From the IMG/VR virus record IMGVR_UViG_2563366840_000003: DNA of 23,883 nt; one strand, 5' to 3'. Source of the DNA: a virus (lineage: Duplodnaviria; Heunggongvirae; Uroviricota; Caudoviricetes). How positions within the stretch are numbered: the stretch's first letter is position 1; each line of letters begins with the position of its first letter. The position numbers and the translations under genes were made by a program. The notes under the pieces are model-generated. The model did not search any database. It had not been told where the DNA came from and was given only the letters and a program-made list of their open reading frames with translations. Of this stretch, positions 17,198 through 23,883 are shown in pieces.

Positions 17198-18013
17198 ATG
17201 AGCAAAAACTTTTTTCAATCCGGGGCATTTTTGGGGAATGGACTGTCTCGTTTCGCTTTGAACTCTGATCCTGTGCAGCTGATGGAGTCTGCCCGAGCAA
17301 GCGCTGAACCGCCAACAGATCCGGTTATTAATAATAATCCGGAACCGGCGGCACAGACTAACGATAACGTTCCATCTGCCCAGGCTCCTGAGCAAATCCT
17401 GGAAGGGAAAGACGGTAAAGAATGGACCGTCGAACAGGCGCACCAGATGATTCTGGAAGCTGCAAATCGAAGTGCTATGCAAAATGCGTTGAGTGATGCG
17501 GCCGACGCCGTTTTCGCCTGGGCTGATAGCGGTGATCTGACTTTCGACTCCCTTGATGGTTTCGTTCAGGCTATCGCTGGTATCTCTGATGACGACGACT
17601 CCGAAGTTACAGAAGAACAGGACGATGCCTATAACGAAGCATGGGCAAATGTTGCTGACTTCCTCGCAGCATGCGGTGTAGATGATGACCTGATCGAAGC
17701 ACTGGCTGACGATGAAGACGACGACGCAGCTGCTGATGTTGGTGCCTCTATCGCTGGTTTAGATAGCGACGACCGCGACGAACTGGAAGCGGCGTTTGTT
17801 GTTGCTGGCACTTCTGATGAAATGCTGACTGAAGCATTTAAGAAGGTTGTTCGTAACGGTGAGATCAAACTCATCCGTAAACGCCTGCGTAAAAAACGTC
17901 TGACTGCGGCTCAAAAATCGGCGCTGAAAAAAGCGCGTCGAAAAGCCCAGACCGGCGCGGCAAAACTTGCCCGCAAAAAGTCAATGAAACTGCGCCGTAA
18001 GCGCCTTGGCTAA
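17198..18013 (+). CDS. acidic protein with a polybasic C-terminal tail
   Basis: Residues ~100-200 are D/E-rich (DDDDSEVTEEQDD, DDEDDDAAAD); the last ~50 aa are K/R-rich (KLIRKRLRKKRL...ARKKSMKLRRKRLG). Confidence 0.5.
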   Translation: MSKNFFQSGAFLGNGLSRFALNSDPVQLMESARASAEPPTDPVINNNPEPAAQTNDNVPSAQAPEQILEGKDGKEWTVEQAHQMILEAANRSAMQNALSDAADAVFAWADSGDLTFDSLDGFVQAIAGISDDDDSEVTEEQDDAYNEAWANVADFLAACGVDDDLIEALADDEDDDAAADVGASIAGLDSDDRDELEAAFVVAGTSDEMLTEAFKKVVRNGEIKLIRKRLRKKRLTAAQKSALKKARRKAQTGAAKLARKKSMKLRRKRLG

Positions 18014-18048
18014 AGGAGGAGGCCGGAGAACTCCGGCCTTTAACTTGA

Positions 18049-18630
18049 ATGGCACCTATTCCTTATGGGGTTTACAGCCAGGCTGACGGTGTATCGCCAT
18101 ATCTGAAAGTTACTTTAACGAACTCTCAGTACCAGGTTACCGGATATATCAGCCAGGGAGCGGCAATGAACATGGCCCAGAATTGGGAAGCGCCGTTTAC
18201 CGGTATGTCCATGGGATCTGTTGCTGGTGCCTTCAGTGGTTTTGCGCAGGTTGGTACTGAAACAACGTCGGTTGCCCGTTGGAACAGCTTAATGGTTTGG
18301 GAAGGGGGAACACCGCCGACTTTCACGCTGCCAGTAACTTTCATCGCTTTGTTTGACCCATTCACGGAGGTTTCAGGAGCTATCGCCGCATTGTCAGCGA
18401 TGATTAGCCCGGAACTTAAAGATGCCAGTATTGGTGGTCGAATCCCGGAGCGTGTGACGCTAAACATTGGTCGCCGGATCAACATCATTGATGTCGCTAT
18501 CCAGGACATAAGTTTCGATCTCGATGCGCCCAGGGACAGCAATGGACATTTCCTGAAAAACACCGTCAACCTCCAGTTGACCGGTTCTTCGATATATAAC
18601 AGCTCCGATATTGTTCGGGCGTTCCAGTAA
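18049..18630 (+). CDS. hypothetical structural/morphogenesis protein (193 aa)
   Basis: Co-oriented and tightly packed in the morphogenesis block; the AGGAGGAGG RBS-like element is separated from the ATG by an 18-nt hairpin (18018-18035). Confidence 0.45.
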   Translation: MAPIPYGVYSQADGVSPYLKVTLTNSQYQVTGYISQGAAMNMAQNWEAPFTGMSMGSVAGAFSGFAQVGTETTSVARWNSLMVWEGGTPPTFTLPVTFIALFDPFTEVSGAIAALSAMISPELKDASIGGRIPERVTLNIGRRINIIDVAIQDISFDLDAPRDSNGHFLKNTVNLQLTGSSIYNSSDIVRAFQ

Positions 18631-18641
18631 AAGGATTTTAT

Positions 18642-19151
18642 ATGGGGCACAATAACACTAAGGGAAACCGTAAATTTATTAAGGGCCGCTATACTGCCAA
18701 CGCGGCCAAAGGCGAACGACTGGTATCTTCTGAATTCCAGCTCACTTTTGCAGGCCATGAAGATATCAGCGTACTGGTTCGCACGTCGCAAATTCCTGAA
18801 ATGACCCGCGAGGATGTGGAGGACTATGGTCCGAATGGTGTGAAGTTCAACCAGCACGGTCCAATTCGAAACTCTGGGGAAATCCAGGTCCAGTGCGTGG
18901 AGACTATCGAAGGCGATATTCTTCAGTTCATTAAAGATCGCATTGCGGCGAAGGACTATGTTGATATCACGATGGCTGCTACCCCTGAATCCAAATCTTC
19001 CGGGGTTAACGCTGTGACAAAAGCTGCTACAACAATTGAAATGTTGGACTGCAAAATCTACAGTGATGCAATCGACTTTAGTACCGAAGATGTGACTGCC
19101 GCTGTGCGCCCGTCACTTCGTATCGTCTACAACTGGATTGAGTGGGATTAA
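18642..19151 (+). CDS. hypothetical structural/morphogenesis protein (169 aa), possibly tube or baseplate component
   Basis: AAGGA RBS, last gene before a strong terminator; size and beta-rich composition are compatible with a tail-tube-like protein but not diagnostic. Confidence 0.4.
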   Translation: MGHNNTKGNRKFIKGRYTANAAKGERLVSSEFQLTFAGHEDISVLVRTSQIPEMTREDVEDYGPNGVKFNQHGPIRNSGEIQVQCVETIEGDILQFIKDRIAAKDYVDITMAATPESKSSGVNAVTKAATTIEMLDCKIYSDAIDFSTEDVTAAVRPSLRIVYNWIEWD

Positions 19152-19170
19152 GAGTCATCCCTTGTATTTT

Positions 19171-19196
19171 AAAGCTCCTTCGGGAGCTTTTTTATT
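19171..19196. terminator. intrinsic terminator between convergent units
   Basis: AGCTCC-TTCG-GGAGCT hairpin followed by TTTTTTATTT on the plus strand and preceded by AAA, so it can also serve the minus-strand hok transcript. Confidence 0.7.
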
Positions 19197-19267
19197 TGGA
19201 GAGGAAAGGGTGCATTGAGGATACCTGACACACGAAGAGTGGCGAGGATCTCTCCCCGCCAGGTCTC

Positions 19268-19423
19268 TTACCTTTCAGATTCGTAGGCTGTGAAGACAGT
19301 GACCTCCGTCTGGCCGGTTCGGATTCGTACCTCGCAGAGGTCTTTCCTCGTTACCAGTGCCGTCACAATGACGGTTAAACAGATGACGATCAGAGCGATT
19401 AATATCGCTTTTTGCTGCTTCAT
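19268..19423 (-). CDS. hok: Hok/Gef-family type I toxin (51 aa)
   Basis: Codon-by-codon reading gives MKQQKAILIALIVICLTVIVTALVTRKDLCEVRIRTGQTEVTVFTAYESER, almost identical to E. coli HokD/RelF-type toxins as recalled. Below the ORF-track size cutoff. Confidence 0.85.
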   Translation of the reverse strand: MKQQKAILIALIVICLTVIVTALVTRKDLCEVRIRTGQTEVTVFTAYESER

Positions 19424-19481
19424 AGCCTGCTTCTCCTTGACCTTTTGGTCGGTAAGAGGCTAATCTACGTATGCTAAGCAT
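19275..19481 (-). CDS. mok: mok-like overlapping reading frame
   Basis: 68-aa ORF starting 58 nt upstream of hok and overlapping it out of frame, the arrangement known from hok/sok loci. Confidence 0.45.
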   Translation of the reverse strand: MLSIRRLASYRPKGQGEAGYEAAKSDINRSDRHLFNRHCDGTGNEERPLRGTNPNRPDGGHCLHSLRI

Positions 19482-19530
19482 AGATATTGCCTCAGATTAA
19501 TGTTAAGCGTCTTGCAGGACGCGTAATGTT
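19437..19530 (+). ncRNA. sok: candidate sok-like antisense RNA and promoter (boundaries approximate)
   Basis: Plus-strand TTGACC at 19437-19442 and a TAATCT-like -10 about 18 bp downstream would direct a transcript antisense to the mok start region; hairpin GCGTC-TTGCAG-GACGC at 19508-19523. Not independently verifiable here. Confidence 0.25.
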
Positions 19531-19757
19531 ATCTGGGGCTTTCTTCTATCTGCTTTTCGGGTAATGCCTGAAGCAGATAGCCTCAAGCACCCGCAATGAT
19601 TGTATCAATGTCTGGCTTTTTTTCTATAGAAATCACCGGGAAGGGTGAATATCCACATCAGAAGAAATGTTGCAGCAAACATGATCCCTAATGGCCAGAC
19701 CGCGCCAAAGAAAATCCATACTGAAAACGCCAGGTGACTCCAGATTAGAGCAATCTA

Positions 19758-20603
19758 TCACCCTCTGAATCCCGCCGGTATACCCCATTGTTCGTTATCT
19801 TTATTTTTGGCTAAAACCGCATTAAGAGCTTCGTTTACCATCATGCAATGCGGCAGATTATCGAAGTTTGATACCCCGCCAATATCAGGAGAACGCTTGT
19901 TCTTCAGGTAAGCATATTTCCGCGCTGCCGCCTCTACTTTCTGCTTGAACTCATGTTTTTGAGCGCGTTTTTTGGATAACCGCAGATTGTCAGCCTTTGC
20001 TTTTGCCTCAGCGATCCATGAAGTCAATTTTTTGAGTCTGCTCGTTCCGGCACCGCCGGAAACTGATCTTTTTGTTTTTTTAACTTGTGACTTCTTATTC
20101 TTTATTGCCACGTCATCCTGACAGGGGGAGGGGGTATCATTTTGACATGGGGGTGTGGATAAAAAATTAAATAAAGCCAATGTCTTAGCGAGAACAGCTT
20201 TAACCTTGGTTGCCGCTGAAGAGATCTTTAATTTGCTTTCAATCAGCGCATTTTTGGCTTGTTGTGCGAAGGCCAAAAAGGATGGTGTAAACCGGTACAG
20301 GTTAGCGCGACGTTCACGGTGATCGCCGATAACAATCTCTACAGACAGGATTCCTTTGTTTACAGCTTCACGGAATGCACGAACGACGGTTGATTGGCTA
20401 TAACCAGTTTCTGCCGCGATCAGGCGGTGAGGCTTGTGAATGAAGTATTCACTGGTTGTTGCCGCTAGATTTGCACATTGCGACAGGATATGCCCGGCGC
20501 TACGGGATAGACCGGAGTGTGTTACAAAGCAGGCCAATTCATAGCCAGAAAAAGTAAAATCGCTCATCGTTATACAGCTCAGGAAAGTGACTTTAGCCAG
20601 CAT
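19758..20603 (-). CDS. repL: RepL-type replication protein (P1 lytic replicon)
   Basis: 281-aa ORF immediately downstream of the kilA-like gene on the same strand with no intergenic RBS-rich spacer; recognised as P1 RepL-like from memory. The start could instead be the in-frame ATG 12 codons downstream. Confidence 0.6.
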   Translation of the reverse strand: MLAKVTFLSCITMSDFTFSGYELACFVTHSGLSRSAGHILSQCANLAATTSEYFIHKPHRLIAAETGYSQSTVVRAFREAVNKGILSVEIVIGDHRERRANLYRFTPSFLAFAQQAKNALIESKLKISSAATKVKAVLAKTLALFNFLSTPPCQNDTPSPCQDDVAIKNKKSQVKKTKRSVSGGAGTSRLKKLTSWIAEAKAKADNLRLSKKRAQKHEFKQKVEAAARKYAYLKNKRSPDIGGVSNFDNLPHCMMVNEALNAVLAKNKDNEQWGIPAGFRG

Positions 20604-20632
20604 TACAATGCTGGTGGTTCTTACTACGTCTG

Positions 20633-21433
20633 TTAGCGCGTTGCCGCGACAGGTACCAGCACACCAGCATCAAGCAATCGCTTCATCAGCCACTGCTGAC
20701 CTTTGCCGGTTATACGAGTCGTGAAAGAAATCCTGCTTCCATTGCTTGTATCGATCACGGTTTCTTTAAGGGTGAAATACCCACGGGATATGTATTCTTG
20801 TTTGGGGACGTTCCTGCGTTCACCGGTTGCGATCAGAATTCCGTTATCACGCAACCAGGTGAAGAGATAGTTTTGGCCCAGACCGAGCACTTTGGCATAG
20901 TTGCCGATTAGAACCCCGCTGGCGGTAGCAACGCGTTCGGCGAATTCGACTTTAGGTGCATCCATAAGCATTTTTTGCTCCAGCCGTTGCTTTTGCTCTG
21001 CCAGGTCGGCAGCCAAACGGAGAGCTTCAGGGAGACTCTGCGGAATAGCAGGTTGTAATCTTCCGGCTCGATAGTCGATAAATGTCTGGTTTACCTTCAG
21101 CCGAAACGCGGGAGAAATCCAGCCTGCGTACTCCACAGCGAGCAATTCATGGGCAAAAGTGCCGCCGCCACGGCCTTCGAACGAAACTATGCAATTCTGC
21201 ATAGTTTCTTTTTCAAGCTCTTCGATGAGCTGTTTGGCTGACAGCGTTCTTAGCCATTGAGCTGGCGCTTTATGGGCACCGAGTCCGCTCGCTCTGTGTA
21301 GAGCATTAAGGTTGTAACGGCCAGCGCGGTCGGTCGTAATTTCAACACCACAAATAACAGGCAGAGTGGTTGAAGGATCGACATTTTGATGAAGGTTTGA
21401 TATATTCATATCCGCATTGAATGTTTGTTGCAT
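20633..21433 (-). CDS. kilA: KilA-N domain protein with antirepressor-type C-terminal domain
   Basis: 266 aa; its C-terminal ~130 aa (IPQSLPEALRLAADLAEQK...ITGKGQQWLMKRLLDAGVL) are clearly paralogous to the C-terminus of the upstream 347-aa gene; preceded by a C1-type operator. Confidence 0.65.
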   Translation of the reverse strand: MQQTFNADMNISNLHQNVDPSTTLPVICGVEITTDRAGRYNLNALHRASGLGAHKAPAQWLRTLSAKQLIEELEKETMQNCIVSFEGRGGGTFAHELLAVEYAGWISPAFRLKVNQTFIDYRAGRLQPAIPQSLPEALRLAADLAEQKQRLEQKMLMDAPKVEFAERVATASGVLIGNYAKVLGLGQNYLFTWLRDNGILIATGERRNVPKQEYISRGYFTLKETVIDTSNGSRISFTTRITGKGQQWLMKRLLDAGVLVPVAATR

Positions 21434-21483
21434 TTTTTCTCCAAATTTGCATCAACCTTCAATCACCAGCTCGAAATGGTGAT

Positions 21484-21519
21484 TCTTTGCACTTAGAAAA
21501 CGAAATTTATTAGAGCAAA
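21484..21519 (-). promoter_or_regulatory. C1-type operator (21503-21519) overlapping the -35 of the kilA-repL promoter
   Basis: Minus strand reads TTTGCTCTAATAAATTT, 16/17 to consensus; TTGCTC as -35, 17-nt spacer, TAAGTG at the -10 position. Confidence 0.55.
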
Positions 21520-21561
21520 TTTTTCTGACTCGATCCAGATCGGGTTGGTCGATCTGCTCAG

Positions 21562-21596
21562 AAACCTGCCAGTTTGCTGGCAGGTTTTTTCTTTTG
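21562..21596 (+). terminator. hairpin with T-run just beyond the ant stop
   Basis: AAACCTGCCAG-TTTG-CTGGCAGGTTT followed by TTTTTCTTTT on the plus strand; on the minus strand the hairpin is preceded by an A-run and followed by only TTT, so its role for the ant transcript is uncertain. Confidence 0.45.
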
Positions 21597-22640
21597 TTAA
21601 CCTATTGCTACTGGTTTTAACAAACCAGCATCAAGTAGCTTGCGAGTTAACCACTGCTGGCCTTTACCCGTTAATTGGGGCGTCAGCCGTATCTGGTAGC
21701 CATTTTCATCATCCAGCACCACTTCTTTCACCGTGAAATACCCGGCGTTAATGTACTGCTGGCGCGGTACGTTTTTGCGCGCACCAAAAGCCATGAGAAT
21801 GCCGTTCTGGCGCAACCATGAGAAAAGGGCGTTTTGCTTAAGTCCAACGACCTTTGCAAAGTTCCCGATCAGGATTCCATTAGCCACTGATACCCGGTCG
21901 GCAAAATCGACTTTAGGGGCTGCGGCCACCAGCTGTTGTTCCAGCTGCAATTTCTGTTCTGCCAACTCGGCAGCCAGGCGTAGGGCTTCTGGTAATGTTT
22001 GGGGGATCGATGGGGTAGGGGAGTTTGCCTGCTGCAATTCTTCCAGTTTGTCGATCAGCGAACGGCGGACCGCTTTCGATTCGCGCGCGGCGACTCGCAG
22101 GGCTTGTTTGTAGGTCATGGTTATGACAACCATAGGCGTACCGCCACCTGGCGGCACGGTTGCACTTTTTGTGTAACCGTCCTCACCTTCTAATTCGTCG
22201 AGTATTTTTTCGATGAATTTGTTGTTCCGAACCTCTGGTTCCCCACATAACTTACGCGCTTCATTGACCATCTTTAACAGTGTCAGGCTGTCGATTGTGT
22301 CTCCGGTGGTGGGGATGACATTCACGGCTGGTGCTGGCGTTGCTGAAGCAACAGGTGCTGGTTTTTTAACATTCAAATTATTACTGGTCATTCTATGTGC
22401 CTCCTTTCTCATTTCTGCTGCCACCGTTGCGTAACGTAGACGTCCTTGTTCAATCAAATAATCCCTGATCTCGGCTATCAGTAGCCTGTTGATCACAGCC
22501 TTATCTGTTCGGGTATAAAAACGCCTGGTTATCATGAAATAGTTGGCAATTGCGCCGGGGATCTCCCGTGTCGGTATACAGGCAGTATGCAGGGCGATCG
22601 CTTCGGCTATGTCATTACGGGTGACGAGAGGTTTTTTCAT
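21597..22640 (-). CDS. ant: phage antirepressor (Ant-like) with KilA-type C-terminal domain
   Basis: 347 aa; the C-terminal domain is shared with the kilA product; the start codon overlaps the stop of a 73-codon upstream ORF (ATGA), as in icd-ant operons. Confidence 0.65.
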   Translation of the reverse strand: MKKPLVTRNDIAEAIALHTACIPTREIPGAIANYFMITRRFYTRTDKAVINRLLIAEIRDYLIEQGRLRYATVAAEMRKEAHRMTSNNLNVKKPAPVASATPAPAVNVIPTTGDTIDSLTLLKMVNEARKLCGEPEVRNNKFIEKILDELEGEDGYTKSATVPPGGGTPMVVITMTYKQALRVAARESKAVRRSLIDKLEELQQANSPTPSIPQTLPEALRLAAELAEQKLQLEQQLVAAAPKVDFADRVSVANGILIGNFAKVVGLKQNALFSWLRQNGILMAFGARKNVPRQQYINAGYFTVKEVVLDDENGYQIRLTPQLTGKGQQWLTRKLLDAGLLKPVAIG

Positions 22641-22858
22641 AAACCCCCCTGAACGTCGGCAGAGAAGGGGAGGCTCCAGTAACTAAGTGAATTGCGCGAG
22701 TTAGTTGAAAAACGGGCAGTAAAAATGCAGGGGCCATCAGGCAATTGAGAGCGTGCTTCGTCTTCAGTTGCTGCGATAACGAAGTGATAGTGGTGTTTTT
22801 TACAGGAATAGAAACGCCAGATGAATTCTGGGCGTGCGCAAGGATTGGCATTAACCAT
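22637..22858 (-). CDS. icd: Icd-like small protein (73 aa) translationally coupled to ant
   Basis: 73 codons, the length I recall for P1 Icd; TGA overlaps the ant ATG; the 22615-22851 ORF in another frame is rejected. Confidence 0.45.
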   Translation of the reverse strand: MVNANPCARPEFIWRFYSCKKHHYHFVIAATEDEARSQLPDGPCIFTARFSTNSRNSLSYWSLPFSADVQGGL

Positions 22859-23149
22859 AGTTACGGCCTCACAATCAGGTTTAACAACCTGCTACCCGCT
22901 GCTAAACAGGTGGCAGGACGTGACGGGGTTAGCAGACTGGCGATTGTGAAACCAGCAGGCCGAAGCCTCCCCATCACGCCCCACCATAATTTGGGCGTAA
23001 CGCGGTTTTACGGACACAAAAATACCGCAATATCGGATATCTGCGGCTGTCCGCACAATCATTCAGGCTGCTAAACCCGGTCGCAGAATTTGCTACGACG
23101 GCGGAACTATAAGCCTGAACGATTAAAAGGTCAATATGATGCGAAAAGA

Positions 23150-23189
23150 TAGCATTCGTGACTTAAAAATACAAATTTATTAGAGCATT
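23150..23189 (-). promoter_or_regulatory. C1-type operator (23173-23189) overlapping the -35 of the promoter for the icd-ant leader
   Basis: Minus strand reads AATGCTCTAATAAATTT, 16/17 to consensus; 17-nt spacer, TAAGTC at the -10 position. Confidence 0.5.
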
Positions 23190-23285
23190 ATCTGCCTAAT
23201 AAATACACAATTGGATCTAATAACCTCTTTTTTTTAAAGGCGAAAATATGTACCCTAAATGGGTTATAAGGCAGGTGAGGTTATA

Positions 23286-23417
23286 ATGAGAAAACTATTA
23301 CTATCGTTATTATTTATGGCTGGGACTGTTAATGCAGCATCAAGCGTAAAGGAGATTTGTACCGATTATACGAAATACCTTTGGCAAGTTTACGCCTTTG
23401 CGATCAATGACTATTAA
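23286..23417 (+). CDS. small secreted peptide (43-aa precursor)
   Basis: GGTGAGG RBS then ATG; MRKLLLSLLFMAGTVNA reads as a signal peptide ending in A-x-A, followed by a 26-aa mature part with one Cys. Below the ORF-track cutoff. Confidence 0.3.
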   Translation: MRKLLLSLLFMAGTVNAASSVKEICTDYTKYLWQVYAFAINDY

Positions 23418-23438
23418 TCCATGCGTAGGAGTGGATTT

Positions 23439-23606
23439 ATGCTGATTCGTTTGTTTTTAGTGCTTTCCTTTTTAACATTTAATGTTTTTGCTGATGAAGT
23501 TGACTTTTCGAAGGTAGATTGTAATTCAGTGGAAACAAGAAAAGCTCTTATTGAAGAATATAACGAAATATTATCGTCATATGGGGTAATGACTCCAACT
23601 TATTGA
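23439..23606 (+). pseudogene. small secreted protein gene whose 3' end is replaced by IS1 sequence
   Basis: AGGAG then ATG at 23439; MLIRLFLVLSFLTFNVFA signal peptide and a Cys-containing mature part; the last 7 codons and the stop come from the IS1 terminal repeat beginning at 23585. Confidence 0.35.
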
Positions 23607-23883
23607 TAGTGTTTTATGTTCAGATAATGCCCGATGACTTTGTCATGCTGCTCCACCGATTTTGAGAACGACAGCGACTTCCGTCCCAGCCGTGCCAGGT
23701 GCTGCCTCAGATTCAGGTTATGCCGCTCAATTCGCTGCGTATATCGCTTGCTGATTACGTGCAGCTTTCCCTTCAGGCGGGATTCATACAGCGGCCAGCC
23801 ATCCGTCATCCATATCACCACGTCAAAGGGTGACAGCAGGCTCATAAGACGCCCCAGCGTCGCCATAGTGCGTTCACCGAATA
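23585..23883 (-). mobile_element. insB: IS1 insertion sequence, right end with 3' part of insB; continues beyond the window
   Basis: GGTAATGACTCCAACTTATTGATAGTGT is the IS1 terminal inverted repeat; minus-strand translation ...[62 protein letters not shown]...HYLNIKHYQ matches the InsB C-terminus. Confidence 0.95.

Noticed and set aside
13798-17482. Assorted 60-160 aa ORFs on both strands inside the two large structural genes
   Set aside because: Embedded in long, well-supported reading frames; none has an RBS or independent motif.
18126-18857. 243-aa minus-strand ORF spanning two plus-strand morphogenesis genes
   Set aside because: It crosses the intergenic junction of two co-directional tightly packed genes and has no RBS; treated as a shadow ORF despite its length.
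21545-22434. Plus-strand ORFs antisense to ant (21545-21736, 21733-22113, 21999-22193, 22213-22434)
   Set aside because: Antisense to the ant gene, which is anchored by its shared domain with kilA and its coupling to the upstream 73-codon ORF.
22615-23074. 78-aa minus-strand ORF 22615-22851 and 109-aa plus-strand ORF 22745-23074 in the immunity leader
   Set aside because: The 22637-22858 frame is preferred because its stop overlaps the ant start; the plus-strand ORF is Cys-rich and antisense to the leader.

Overview
The window reads as one contiguous slice of a P1-family phage-plasmid (a temperate myovirus kept as a low-copy plasmid); all gene names are from motif recognition and recalled P1 organisation, not from any search. 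Left to right: (1) the silent arm of an invertible tail-fibre cassette with a cix-type crossover site and a Cin-family DNA invertase; (2) a tRNA island (tRNA-Ile2/CAU, tRNA-Thr/UGU, tRNA-Asn/GUU) with a TerB-like gene and structured repeat elements; (3) a leftward operon encoding a small protein, an RdgC homologue and a 754-aa fused C5-cytosine/Dam-type methyltransferase; (4) a rightward block with a PAAR-like protein, an unknown protein and an overlapping spanin-like pair; (5) the plasmid replicon (DnaA boxes, five-GATC cluster, five incC iterons, repA, nine incA iterons) and a divergent parA-parB-parS partition module; (6) five rightward morphogenesis genes; (7) a hok/mok/sok type I toxin-antitoxin locus; (8) leftward repL, kilA and an icd-ant immunity-I-like unit; (9) two small signal-peptide ORFs, the second cut by an IS1 copy at the window edge. 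A 17-bp motif matching the P1 C1 operator consensus occurs four times, each over the -35 of a leftward promoter. The most unusual items are a candidate C1-controlled ~180-nt transcript with no credible ORF, the tRNA-like structured repeats, and the hok/sok locus sitting between the tail genes and repL.
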